A DNA stretch of 64,000 nucleotides from Phoronis australis. Taxonomy: Eukaryota; Animalia; Phoronida. This document shows positions 13,301 through 46,476 of this stretch, in pieces. The position numbers were made by a program, and so were the translations under genes. The stretch is from contig NMRA01000301.1 of the NCBI GenBank assembly GCA_002633005.1, positions 248,001 to 312,000 of the forward strand. Direction: 5' to 3'. The first letter of the stretch is position 1. Each line of letters starts with the position of its first letter. Below the pieces are notes generated by a model that saw only the letters and a list, made by a program, of their open reading frames with translations, made no database searches and had not been told where the DNA came from.

Positions 13301-14944
13301 TGACTGGCTTGGTTCATACTAGGCAACATGACTAGCCCCTCGGGTGGCTATACAACTTTCAGCATTAATCTCATACCGTGTATTTTAAATGGGAAGTAGC
13401 CAAAATACAATCACCAAATAAGTGTTTTCACCTCATTAAAAATGTACTTTACACTCAAAATTATCCCTTAACAATGTACTAGTTTCTTTAACGATCCTTT
13501 CTGGTTCTATCTCTATGCTCGATGAAACTTGTCTACGTGAATTAAGATGACTTTGGCGAAGAATTTCTACTCACACCTTTTTGGTACTGTAGCTGTTAAC
13601 TTTTTCATCGCACATGATAACTACATAGAATTTTAATTGATGTGACACGAGTTAGGCAACAACAAGCGCAAAAATGAGCGAAACACATGACCTGACACTT
13701 GCAAAAAATACCATGGGAAGACATAACAATGGCCATGCAATTTGTAAGATTTGTGTTCCCTGGACTTTTTGTTCATCAACAGGCATGATTTTGTGAATCT
13801 CCGACAAAATGGCACCCCGTCAGGGACGCTCAAGTGAACCACAACAGAATTTCATGGATATGTTCAAATTTTATTGACTAAATTGTCTCCAGAGTCATGG
13901 TATGTGTGAATTATAATTTAATGTGATATGGATGCTAACAGAGTCTCATATGATTCACTGGAAGCACATTGCTGTGACATGTGACTTACAGGTGCAACAT
14001 ACAGCCAGAAAAAGCCTTTCTTTAATCGCGTGCCAAGTCACCCAACTAGCAACTGCGGTTTGGATGCTTGGTTTTTACATGTGTAACCTGGATTCAAGTA
14101 GCGCTGGGCGGTGTCGACAAAATTTTCTATGACGTCTAGAAAAGCAACATGACTTTGATTTTGCATACATTGCTGAAAAGCTTTCCACGTATGCTGGGCT
14201 AGGTTAAGGATTGTTGTAATTGTCAACATCATTCGTCCTTTATCTTTCTGTGGTGTCTTAATTGTGATTTGTCACTTTTGTGGTTCCCAGGATGTTTCTT
14301 TTATTTATACTGCTGGCGGGAGGCTGCTGACAGTCTTTCAGCAGGCAATCAGGCTGTCAGGGACGGGCACCTGGATTGGGTTTTACCGAAGCTTGAGTAA
14401 CTGGTGAGCAATGTTGTAATCGTCAACATCATTCGTCCTTTATCTTTCTGTGGTGTCTTGTGATTTGTTAGTTTTATGGTTCCCTGGATGCTTGTTTTAT
14501 TTAAACTGCTGGCAGGGAACCCTGCTGGCAGTCTTTCAGCAAGAAATCAGGATGTCGGGGATAGGCACCTGGATTGGGTTTTACTGAAGCTTGAGTAGCT
14601 GTGTTTTAACTGGTGAGTACTTCTAGAGGCCTAGCTAGTGAAACCTGGACTGGAGTAATACAACAGGATGACCACAGTCTCTGCTGTTGTCAGTTGAGAG
14701 CGGTGATATAGCGGTCCCGAATTTTGAGAACCCGAGCCAGTTATTAGTGGATAGAACTGTTTCTCAAAATCCGGGACCGCGATATCCGACCAGTGCCCTT
14801 GTCTGTCTACTTTAGTCAGTTTTCGAGGTTGTCATGCAAAGGCAAGCTATCAGAAACAAATGAATTAGACAACGTTTACCAAAAATACTTACATTTGACA
14901 AGCTCATTGTTGTATCCTTGGAGAGCGGCTCCTTGCTGAGCCAT
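7269..14944 (-). CDS. SSNA1: SSNA1/NA14 microtubule/centriole coiled-coil protein, complete, 4 exons, 124 aa
   Basis: Exons 14944-14893, 12009-11937, 8963-8837 and 7391-7269, all GT-AG with consistent phases (1,2,0). Translation [124 protein letters not shown] matches the SSNA1 family. The ORF track misses it. Confidence 0.96.
8837..8963 (-). CDS. SSNA1: SSNA1 exon 3
   Basis: ttcag|(K)[42 protein letters not shown]|gtgag. Confidence 0.95.
9266..9434. repeat. 33-bp minisatellite, 5 copies
   Basis: TCAACCAACATAAGGGTCTGTCAGTGAATTCTT head-to-tail, no spacers. Confidence 0.95.
9857..11575 (-). mobile_element. DINE-1/HINE-type non-autonomous Helentron-associated element with internal tandem array (SSNA1 intron 2)
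   Basis: 5' TTATGCCCCCACA plus its inverted partner, 3' subTIR TGTGGGCACAT, short hairpin, CTTGTT end. About 3.5 internal units of about 430 bp (AAAATG(G/A)CCACTAG at 9938, 10375, 10798, 11247). Confidence 0.75.
11937..12009 (-). CDS. SSNA1: SSNA1 exon 2
   Basis: tag|(C)[23 protein letters not shown]+AA|gtatgt. Confidence 0.95.
14212..14617. repeat. ~200-bp tandem duplication in SSNA1 intron 1
   Basis: Copies start at 14212 and 14412 (TGTTGTAAT.GTCAACATCATTCGTCCTTTATC...). Confidence 0.9.
14893..14944 (-). CDS. SSNA1: SSNA1 exon 1
   Basis: ATG...[17 protein letters not shown]+T, donor gtaagta. Confidence 0.95.
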
Positions 14945-15963
14945 TTCTTCACCCTATATCACAGAAAAACTTTCTCGGGATAAACAAATCAGTAACCCGA
15001 GAACTGTTGTACTGTTGTCAAATGGTTGTTTGTGAAAGACGTCACTGGTTTTGTGTACTATGACGTCACTGATGAACTACACAAGCTATGTGGAAAACGT
15101 TGTATCCTCGTTTGTTTTCTGTCCCAAAAAGTCATTGAAGTAATTGTTTAAATGTCGTACGTTGAACATGCTTAACAGCTAGTAACTTTGATATTCTTCA
15201 CAACACATGGCACTGGACTACCTCGGTATTTCATTCTTTAGATTGTAGATGCAGTGTGTGTGCTTTGAGCTCACTGGCAAGAGTCTTCAATGACAACATG
15301 TCAAATGTAGACTTGTAATGAAGAAGTTCCGAGGGTTCGTTTGCTGAAAAAATCCATTTTTAGGGACTAAATTTTGAATTGCCCCAGAGCCATCCAAGAG
15401 ATTTCAAAAAGTAAAATCCAACTCTAATTCTGTACATACATGGGCATTCCATAAATGCCGGCCATACCTATTGATGTCTTCTTTTTCATGCAATCTGGGT
15501 ATTTCTGAAGAATACTACTAGATTATTGTTTACAAGCCGACTCCATTACATACTTGATATTAATATTTTCTGATTCCTCTCGCCATGGTCATCAGAAAAT
15601 AGTAGTATCATATATGTATACTTTAATAAAATCAGATTGTAAACAATTAATAACCGAATACTACAAAGTCAAAGAATATAATGTATAATGCAAAAATAAG
15701 AGGTAAAAGTGCTTGCGGTACATTGTCGGTAAACACAGCAAGATTTGACTGTTGCTGTGTAATCCAGGATGACCCAATTAATGACTGATTGTCCATAAGT
15801 CAAAACTCAAATCCTGCAAGCCTTTTGCTTTCAGAAAATGTATAGTTTCTGAGGTAAAATCTACAGTTCTTTATATATTTAATAGGTAAGTGCGCAGACT
15901 TGTCGATAAGGTCATAACAACTTTGCCGTACCAGCCCAGATTCATTCCGTCTGTATTCTTCAG
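14945..15963. promoter_or_regulatory. Bidirectional promoter region shared by SSNA1 and DHX16
   Basis: The two start codons diverge about 1035 nt apart. Perfect CRE TGACGTCA at 15061-15068 and a near-copy AGACGTCA at 15037-15044. Confidence 0.6.
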
Positions 15964-15978
15964 GTCCAAATTACAACA

Positions 15979-37520
<21,542 letters not shown>

Positions 37521-37592
37521 GACAGCTGTTAATGGTGGCTGGTTATTTGACCAGTCACTGAGAGGAATGTGAATGAGTGGTTGGGCACTTTA

Positions 37593-38137
37593 GGTGCTTT
37601 CCCATTACTAGGGAAACTTCTTACTGAAGATTCGCTGGAACTTCGCTTACCTTTACCACTGGACAGCAACATGGAAGTTATCACTAGTCATCAGAGTAGA
37701 TACTAGACAGTGCAGTTCATTTGTACAGATATTGAGTGGTGGGTTCGAGGCTAGCTGAAAATTAGTTTCCCGCCATTTACCAGTGTTCATGAAAATGATC
37801 AGTGTCGGTCTTCATCAGGTGTGTATTTTATTTATTTGTATGTGCATCTATTGAGAGCACGTCGGCGACACTGCAGTAACAAAGATTATGTTTTGTGGGA
37901 AATTTTGTTGAGTATAGCGTGATCATATATCATTGCCGCGACCTCAACGGATAACTTCACCGAAGTTTCGCTCAGACCTTTCCCACTACACCGAAGTTTC
38001 GGTGAGTACCAAAACTTCACTGTTAAATCTTACTATTTTCATCAAAGTTTTACTCGCAGATTAACTACCGGAGTTAACCTTTCCCACTTACCGAAACTTT
38101 GCTTTTAGCGAAGTTTCACCTCTAGTGGAAAAGCACT
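37593..38137. mobile_element. MITE in the presumptive DHX16 3'UTR
   Basis: TIR GGTGCTTTCCCATTA / TAGTGGAAAAGCACT, internal CCGAAGTTTCG and TTTCCCACT subrepeats. Confidence 0.55.
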
Positions 38138-38532
38138 GTGGAAGTGCTGTTGACCACTCACTGGGAGGAATGTGAATGTGTAGGTGGGCGTATGAAGAGT
38201 TGTTGTTAAGTCTCTGGGGACATTGCCAAGTTGTGTGCTGAGGACAAAAGAGCCATTTTGGGTCTAGATTGTGGTGTTTTTCCAATTCAGTTACAGTAAA
38301 CATTTGAGGTGTCAAGTCACTCTAGAAAGCAATTTACAAGCAGACTGCTTAGGCACCATTTCCTGAGGAGGAACAAATCAAAAATAAGAGCCAGCTGTGT
38401 TGTTCAGTGCATTTATAAACAGATACTTTTATTTTAGATTTGGACAAGAGGAATGTAATCATTCACTTTTCATTAGTCAAGTGAAATATGTGATATATGT
38501 TGAACGATTGGAAAAGAAACTTGAAACCAGGA

Positions 38533-38538
38533 AATAAA
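38533..38538 (+). promoter_or_regulatory. Candidate DHX16 polyadenylation signal
   Basis: First AATAAA I find after the stop, about 1 kb downstream. A second lies at 38884. Confidence 0.35.
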
Positions 38539-40060
38539 AATGGTCTTCATAGTAGGCCTATGTAGAAGGACAAATGTCATATTTTATACTCAGAACATTC
38601 CTGTACATGACTTGTGTCATATGAAATCACATGGAATCATCTGATGCCACATTGTTTTGAGTTGCACCACATAGTGCGAGAGGCTCTTATAAGCGAGATG
38701 ACCAAGAACATAATAGGAACAGTGCATCTGAGATGAACAACAATTTAATACAGTGCCATCTGTGATGAGGAAGAACATAATACAGCAGATCACCTGTGGT
38801 GATAACGCAGTTAGTAACCAGGCTTGATATGAACTGCCGGTAGTTTTCCGAAATTATTTATTCAGAGAGTTCATCCCTGTAACAATAAAACAATATTTAC
38901 TATAGAATGGGACTAGGTTGAACTTAAGAGTGTATGATTTACACACTTTTGCAACATTACATATTTGTCCACGTAATTAGCAATTCATTTATATTGCTAA
39001 ACATTTTACACATTCTAGGTAAATATGCATGGATAAGAAATTTACAATAAGGAAACACTTACTAAATCAATGTGAGTCAGATTCTCTCCCGCTGTCTTTA
39101 TATTAAAGAATTTCACTTAACTGAAATATAAAATGGTGATTGCCACTGATATTACTGGTAGGACTCGAATTTGTTGTTTGGTAAAATGATATAGAAAGCC
39201 TAAAATAGGCAGAAAATAAGCACATTGAAGCTTTCATTGTTAACTTTTAATTCTCAATTTCACAAATAAACAACATCTTCATCTGAATTGGTCAAATTGT
39301 CCACCACATTCTTGGCGTGGCGTAAGATAAACTGCTGCACTGTTTGAAACGCATCGCTTGACGTCATTCAATATGATTCTTAATTGCCTCCTCAATGTCA
39401 TTTTAAATGGGCAGGCGCGACATAACGAGCTGCATTTGCGACCTGAACTTTGCAAATGCGAGCTGAGATTTTTGTCAGCTCGTATCAAGTCGCAAAATGC
39501 GACCTGGAATTTCCAACGAATGTGAGCTGAGTTTTTACACGTCTCGGCAGATACCTGGCAAATATAAAGCAACTCTAATCCAACCGTTATTTGGTTGTTG
39601 CCAAATCCAAGTTCTAAAGAACACTAACCGAGAACAGCCCTCCCGATGACTTGTAACCAAGTCGCGTGAACATGGGATATGCAGAATCTCTGACGCATTT
39701 CATTGGCTAACATTTTCGGCCACTTTTGCAAATTTCCGGATTCGCCGAAGAAAGTTTTGGGCAACTGCACAACATGTGATAAAACGTCACAAAACAGCGG
39801 TGTTTCTAATAATTCTTAAGCGATCAACTTACCAAACTTTGCGGTGGACAAATATGTTTATTTTTCGCTTAAGATGTCCTTATTTCATGTACCAAATATC
39901 CACGACAATATCCCTGATATTGCACTGCGGCACAGGTCGGTCCCGTTGTTAGCGCGCAAGCGGTCTCCGCAGACAATCGTAACTTATAGATGTGCGTCTC
40001 GTTTTTATCGCATAAGACAGCCAAAGTGAAAATAACAACCCTATTAATCGCCAAAACGAC

Positions 40061-40177
40061 GGCCACGTCTTTACTTTCAGTTGCCAAGAAATTCTCAAAC
40101 CCTTTGCTTGTTTCTGGGGCCACGTCTTTACTTTCAGTTGCCAAGAAATTCTCAAACCCTTTACTTGTTTCTGGGGC
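40061..40177. repeat. 57-bp tandem duplication
   Basis: GGCCACGTCTTTACTTTCAGTTGCCAAGAAATTCTCAAACCCTTT...x2, one mismatch. Confidence 0.95.
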
Positions 40178-40233
40178 TTTATACGTGCGCGAAATGTGAG
40201 TCTTTCATATGTTGTTGCCAACGTAAAGTGTAG

Positions 40234-41433
40234 CAGTGGCGGATCTACGTTTTCAGCAAGGGGGGTTTAGGATTCCCGCCAAGGTCGAATCCTAGGCGAA
40301 AAACGTCAAATCTATCAGGAAACAAATCATCTGAAAACAGTTTCACGAAACCAAAACATCCTGTGCACAGTGGTGAAAAGATACACTGGACTAGTTTGCA
40401 GAGGGACCAGATGTACACTGAGAGTACACAAAAAGCTGACCTGGTCCGTCACGAGACCAAGATTACACCTGTGCTTATTATCCCTATACAAATAGTCGAT
40501 CTGTCGCGGGACCAAACGGTACTGGCTGAGATAAATAGTTTTACAAAGCACACTTTGGTAAAAAAATCACAAGACGAGTTCGCCGAGGGACCAGAAGTAC
40601 ACTGAAACTCAACTGGCCTGGTCCGTCGCGAGACCTAAAGTGTACTATGCAAAAAATTTTGAATTGAAAACTTCTCTCTAAAATTTTAATCCCCAGTGGT
40701 TACTCATACGTTAGTCCTATCCTTCTGTTGCCTAGACTGCCGAGGAATTTGTATATCGGATCCAATGATTTGCTCGTCTTGGAACCATTCTACCCACGTA
40801 TCTTCGATGTTTGTTGCCAACGCTTGCACTTCGTCAACTGCTGTGTCAATGAGCTTGTAAGCCTCTACAATGTCAGCATCTCGTTTTGCAGCTCAGTTGA
40901 CAATAAGACACTTNGCAAGACAACTTTACTATACATCAGTTACAAACGTGTGGAGTGTAATAGAATGACACGGCATAACAGATGAGGTAAAAACGTTGCA
41001 CGTCTATTCGCCTGAATATCAGGGTTGTGGCACTGCAGTATTTCCCCTAATCAAATCAAAACATATCTTAGAGTAAAGAAGCTAGTTACCTAAAGAAATC
41101 AGCTTTAGAACTGCTCTTTCAGCGGTGAATCCATCTAAAATGCTTGGCTACTTCAGAAGTGTCGACGGAAGCGCGCGCACAATAAATCCCCGCGCGTTTT
41201 GCCGATGAGCCACAAAGACTCGGCAATTCACAATGCAAAAAATTATATTTTCAGAGTGAACCCCCCTCTCAATTTTTCCAAGTTGGTTTACTTGGGGTCT
41301 ACACACGCTGGCGGTGCCGTTTTTGTTTTGCTGGAGACGCTTTTGTTTTTGTTTTGTTTTTTTTAATTTTTGTGTCCTGGCCCGAGGGGGGGGGTTTAAA
41401 CCCCCTGAACCCCCCCTCGTAGATCCGCCACTG
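40234..41433 (-). mobile_element. Internally deleted hAT element (PRKRIR/THAP12-like transposase fragment)
   Basis: Perfect 16-bp TIR CAGTGGCGGATCTACG at both ends. Minus strand 40903-40690 reads LSTELQ(K)RDADIVEAYKLIDTAVDEVQALATNIEDTWVEWF...IPRQSRQQKDRTNV with one frameshift. No TSD recognised. Confidence 0.75.
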
Positions 41434-41766
41434 GGTAAGAAAACAACTACAAAACCAGCGAATTTACATTCAACAAAAGTATTTTTCTTATAATTGTTAC
41501 GGCTGATTCTCCGGCAATAAAATTACTCTTGCGGTAGGCCTAATGGATGATTCTGTTTTGTAAATTATGAATATCACTGTGATGTGTTCAATATAAATCT
41601 TATTCTTATCGAAAGATTGTTTTATTTAAAACATCAACGTTCACAAACACGGGTTTTCGTTAGAACAGAGAAAATACACAAACAACGCTGCCTAACAAGT
41701 TATAAAGTCTCTTTCACACATGCTATATATTTGAGTTGCTATTTTTTAACGATTCTTATAAGGCGT

Positions 41767-43450
41767 CAGGACTCGACATTAACTTTTTGAGCCACTTGCC
41801 CTTTGGGCAAGTACCTCACAAGTAGTTGAAAATTTTACTTGCCCGAACAACAAACTCACTTACCCCAAGCACAATCTCAAACAGCACCATGCATGTGCAC
41901 ACCTAGATAATGAGTTACCATAGGGCTGTCTGCGCTGAGCCTCAGTCTAGTGGTGTGTAGGCTATATACTTGAGTTGCTATTTTTTAAAGATTCTTCTTC
42001 TAACCATGCAGTTTCTGTCTCTTGTTTTTCATCTTTGTCTCAGTCTCTATTGCCTGTCAGTTGTAATTTCCATGGTGTACTATAATCCAGATGTTTCATG
42101 CACTGTGCTAAAATAACCCCAAGGCGATGGAAATGCTGCATATTTTACTGCTTAGGCCTACTATGTAATACCCAGCATGTGCAGAACTGGAGAGGCAGCA
42201 CTAACAGTTATCAGAGGCTGAGAAAATAAACTGCAATAAGACGGTGAGATTTCCCATTATTTTGTTTCTTCACTTAGTGTGAAAACAGCTTAACGTTTTT
42301 CATTTCATGAAACCTCATAGAGTCATTCAAACACATAACTTCTTAAGCCTGAAACATTTTCTGAGTCAGTTCTCAAAGGGGTTAAAATGCAGCGAGTCTG
42401 GTTTAAGTCAGCAAAAACAAGTGCCTGGGTCATTTTAACCAACGTCAATCAGAAGTTAATTTTGCAAATCAGATCTCCTTCCTCTTCTTCGTCTGGAGCA
42501 AGACTGTCTTCCAGCTGAAACACAGGCCGTCTTTGTGTTTTCGCTTTCGTCCACCACAAATGGACAGCCCGTGTGGCGTCATACGCTTCCAAATCTGGAC
42601 CCCCAACAGACACAAAGAGAAGTGTGTTCATCTGGTCCGTTGTTATAGTGACGCCCTCCAGTCGCTTTTAATTCTCTTTACCGCAGAGAAACCCCTCTCG
42701 CAAATGGCACTTGACACGGGTAATGTCAAGACCACTTGCACCAACTTCAGGACATTCTTCAGAACCTCTGGGTGACTTTTAAAGAACTGGTTTACCTCAG
42801 GTCGAGGATTGTGATGAAGCCTGCAAAACAACAAAAATACAAAACATCGTTGAACTTATGAAATAATGAACTGCGAAGTGTTCAAAATAAATAAAGAAAC
42901 AGAGGCACTTATAGTTCAAGAAAACCTGGCTCCAACAATGGCTTTCATCTGTTTCCATTCTTGTTTCACTACGTCATGGTGAGGGAGAATCTGACCAAAG
43001 TGGCTTAATAGGTAGGTGACGCTGGTATTCCCATAAGAAACTAGCTGCTCTCTGCTATCGGGCCATTCACTAGTGTCGAAGATTCTGGCATGACTGAACA
43101 GTTCCTGCTGGTTTTACATTCGGGAAGTCATGCGATCTTGAACAGCAATCATAAGGGTCTGCATGTCATCATATCGATGTTGTCAGGTACAAAGTTCAGA
43201 TGAGTGCCTCTGTAAGTTCCATCCTGATTTTCTACCTCTGACAGGAAGTTGGTAAGCTGTTGTCCAGCACCAGTTGACAACTCGACTAATTCCAATGAAG
43301 CAGTCTCAAACTCATCCAGAAAGTCGACACAGGTGACTTCGCTTTTCTGTAAGCCTAGACTCAGTCTTGTGACAATGTCCAAGACATCTTGCATCATGAA
43401 AATGAAGCGCAGCACTCGGAAATCTTTTAGCTTCTGAACAACAAATCGTG
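41767..43450 (-). mobile_element. 5'-truncated hAT transposon (ZNF862-like transposase lineage)
   Basis: Terminus CAGGACTCGACATTAAC with ACTTGCCC subterminal repeats at 41767-41870, adjacent to a transposase remnant. Confidence 0.7.
42449..43440 (-). pseudogene. hAT transposase C-terminal half with hATC dimerization domain, disrupted
   Basis: DVLDIVTRLSLGLQK...IFDTSEWP...YGNTSVTYLLSHF...EWKQMK...LTLPVSSAICERGFSAVKRIKSDWRASL...GPDLEAYDATRAVHLWW...RRP. Contains stops and frameshifts, plus a 105-nt GT-AG intron at 42925-42821. Confidence 0.88.
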
Positions 43451-46400
43451 CTCAGTATTTCCTCATGCTCTTACTGTCTTCCTGTACTATTTGTGCTCAT
43501 CCAGCCAAGAGGGGGGGGCACCCCCGCCCCTTAAATACGCCTACTGTGTTGTGCGTAACGAAATAAAATTTTAAATAAAATTTTACATCTTTTATTTTCT
43601 TTACAGTATCAGCTTGTATGGCGTGGCTCTAATGATCTCTATTCGAGGCAAAGTGTACATGGCGTTCTTCATTTTCGGCTGCTATGTGAAATGTTTCATC
43701 ATAGGTATACTCAACAGCTTCAAAAGCGCTGAATTTCAAAAAAAGTGTATTCTATGCTATAGTTGGCAGCCATCTGTCTCAAGAGGCAGATAACTGGCCT
43801 GTTTTTAACTACAGTGTATTTTCGCCCAATTATCGATTTTTAAGGCTACACTTGCAGCAGCGGTGTGGCAATTAGGGGGCCTTCCCCTGAAAAGGCGTTA
43901 GACGACGCCAAAATCGCAGTTTAATTGGGAGGTCCAAATCACAAAATTTCATTTCGGCGTTTTCCCGTTGCTCCCAACTTGTTCGATTCTATAGCCCAAC
44001 AACAAGTTGGGAAGTTTACCCCTGAAGCCAATATCTTGACGACTGATTACTCTATTCTGGTATTTATGGTTGGAGGGTCGATCAGCTCTCTTTTGTTCGA
44101 AAATTGCTCTAATCTCCAATAAGATCCGTGACTGGGCTGTGCTGTTAAAAATAAAAGTTATAACATATTTGAACATAAACCAATAGCATTTCTGAAATCT
44201 TCGTGAAATGGTGATCATGTTTAGTTTTTGAATCGGCAAAATCGCCCAACTGCAACCGAAGTTACGACAATCTTTCCGAATACACCAATTCACTCTGAGT
44301 TTGACTGTGTTCACACGTGGTCTGCAATAAGCCTGGTAGATAAGTGGCCTGCTTGTTGTCGTAACAGACAAAAGAATGTGCTTGGCAGTTAACAAAGAAG
44401 CTAGATGTTATCACACGCTCAGAACCCCCTTCGTCTGGTAAAGTCATTGAACGGGAAAACGCTGTCATTTACTGCTTCAACCTCTCTATATAAAAGTTTC
44501 ACTTGTTGGCGCTTTGTATTAGTTGTCTTACAATGGATTAGCCCGAGGACCGATATAAAGAATGTCTTTCACAACTTCTAATCTGTCGGATGACAATTAA
44601 TACAACGCGCCCTATACGTAGTGTCCGTCCTAGTCCTTGTGTATCGGAGACTGAGCCTTTTTTATTCATTCATTAAAATGACAACAGCAATGTACAGTAG
44701 ACAAAGGACACACGCGCTCACATCAACTGGATCTTGAACTATCAAGTACGAGGTCGAAAAATCAGAAGCTGGTCAGAGCATGAGCTAATCAATCCGGATT
44801 TAGACATATGTAGTTTTTTCGGCAACGATGACCAACTCAAAGCAGGTGCATCTTTAACTTCAGGCCCGTAAGTTACACATGTACACCTAGCAGCTTAAGT
44901 CATTTTTTTTACATTATTGCCTTAAGCTATATGTTTTTCACTTCTTTTTCAGCTCAAGATTTTGGTTTCAGGACATGGTATCAGCCAAGTGTTTATTTTG
45001 CCAGAAGGACGAAACCATCTACATGTAAAAAAGCATTCCCCATCATCAAACAGAGACAAGGACCGCTGCAGTTATACATGTAATTGACGTTTGGTTGACG
45101 CAGCCTTAGGACTCTGAGATGCACCTCAAGTTTACGGGATACATTATTCGTAAAGTCATCGCATAAATCTTAACTCAATGTTGTAAGTTCGCAAGTGACG
45201 TGGATGCAACGAACGACGTCCTACGTACGTAGTCATACAGGTATCGACAACACCGCTCAAAAACCACTCACAGCGCAAACCCTTGAGGTGGGAACTCTAC
45301 AACTGATAGCGACATCTACATCAGTTGTTGACGTCGTTGGCAGGTGATGCATTTATGAAATAATAAACGTCGTTTTAACTATTTTCCTTGCAAAATTTTC
45401 TACTAGTTTAAAAAGATTTCGCAGTATGGACCCGACCGTCTATCTGGACGTTCAGTTCTTGGGTGTGCGTTGAAACAATTTATTTTGTCAAGGTGACGGC
45501 GATAGATGCATTAAGGAGAATGCCACGAAAAACAATGTATTTTGTATCAATTTAGATCAAGTAGATCCACTGGAAAACAGCAATTTCAGTTCTTTTACCT
45601 GACACCAGACTGCAGACGGATGTTCTGAAATTAACCAATGACGTCAGCAGTTCACAACACGCTTACCGGTGTCAGCTTATTGCTTGACTTCATTGCTTTA
45701 CACCAATGAATCATCAAAATTCGATAAAAATACTTACAAATACATTGAGTTTTTGAACATACGAGTTGTTTTATTTCGCTGTTACGGGTTTATAGAAATT
45801 TTTAACGTACTGTAGCCTACTAAGTTCAGTAGGCCACCTTACCGAGGTCGGTCGCGGTCAAGTTTGGCTCTGTTCGGTGATATATTAGAATTGTTCTTCC
45901 GTGAAATACAGACAAAAGATAATAACCGTGTGTTAGAATTTTAGACTTACGATTTTTTCAGTTCTAAATACACAAAACGTTCGTTGTAACCCAGTGAATC
46001 GAAACCCGATTAGGCCCGTCGGCGGCGTCCCGACTGGAGATTTTACGAACATAAACCAGCTGGGTTAGTCGGCTGCCAAAGTTGAAAATTAAACTTCCAG
46101 TCACAAAAAGACTAGACTAGTGAACCAAACAAATAATGTGCACGTGAATATTTTGATAAAAACGCCTCCAAATATTGCAAATCTACTTACCAGTCGGGGG
46201 CCGCGAAGCTAGGTTCCTGCATAGTGGGGCAGACGACGGAAACGGAGTGGTAGTGCACAGCGCCACGGGAGCAGCATTTCTTAGCTACCGTTATGATTGC
46301 CCCCCTCCCACATTCACACACAAACACACGCACACACAAACGAAAACGTCAAATCTCGTTTCGGCCGTATAATGTTACTTACCAGGGTTAACTGAAAAAC

Positions 46401-46476
46401 AATAAAAGCTTTTCAATATATATATTCATCTGCTTCAGCTGGTCAGTAGGGAGGCAAAAACTATTGGGGGGGGGGT

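Noticed and set aside
37785-37822. Third hammerhead on the minus strand (CTGATGAAGACC...)
   Set aside because: The GAAA half of the core is absent.
39869-40221. Overlapping ORFs with a repeated peptide
   Set aside because: Produced by the 57-bp tandem duplication. No splice signals or recognisable domain.
43949-44468. 148-aa and 68-aa minus-strand ORFs
   Set aside because: No family recognised. They could belong to the cryptic minus-strand remnant, but I cannot support a call.
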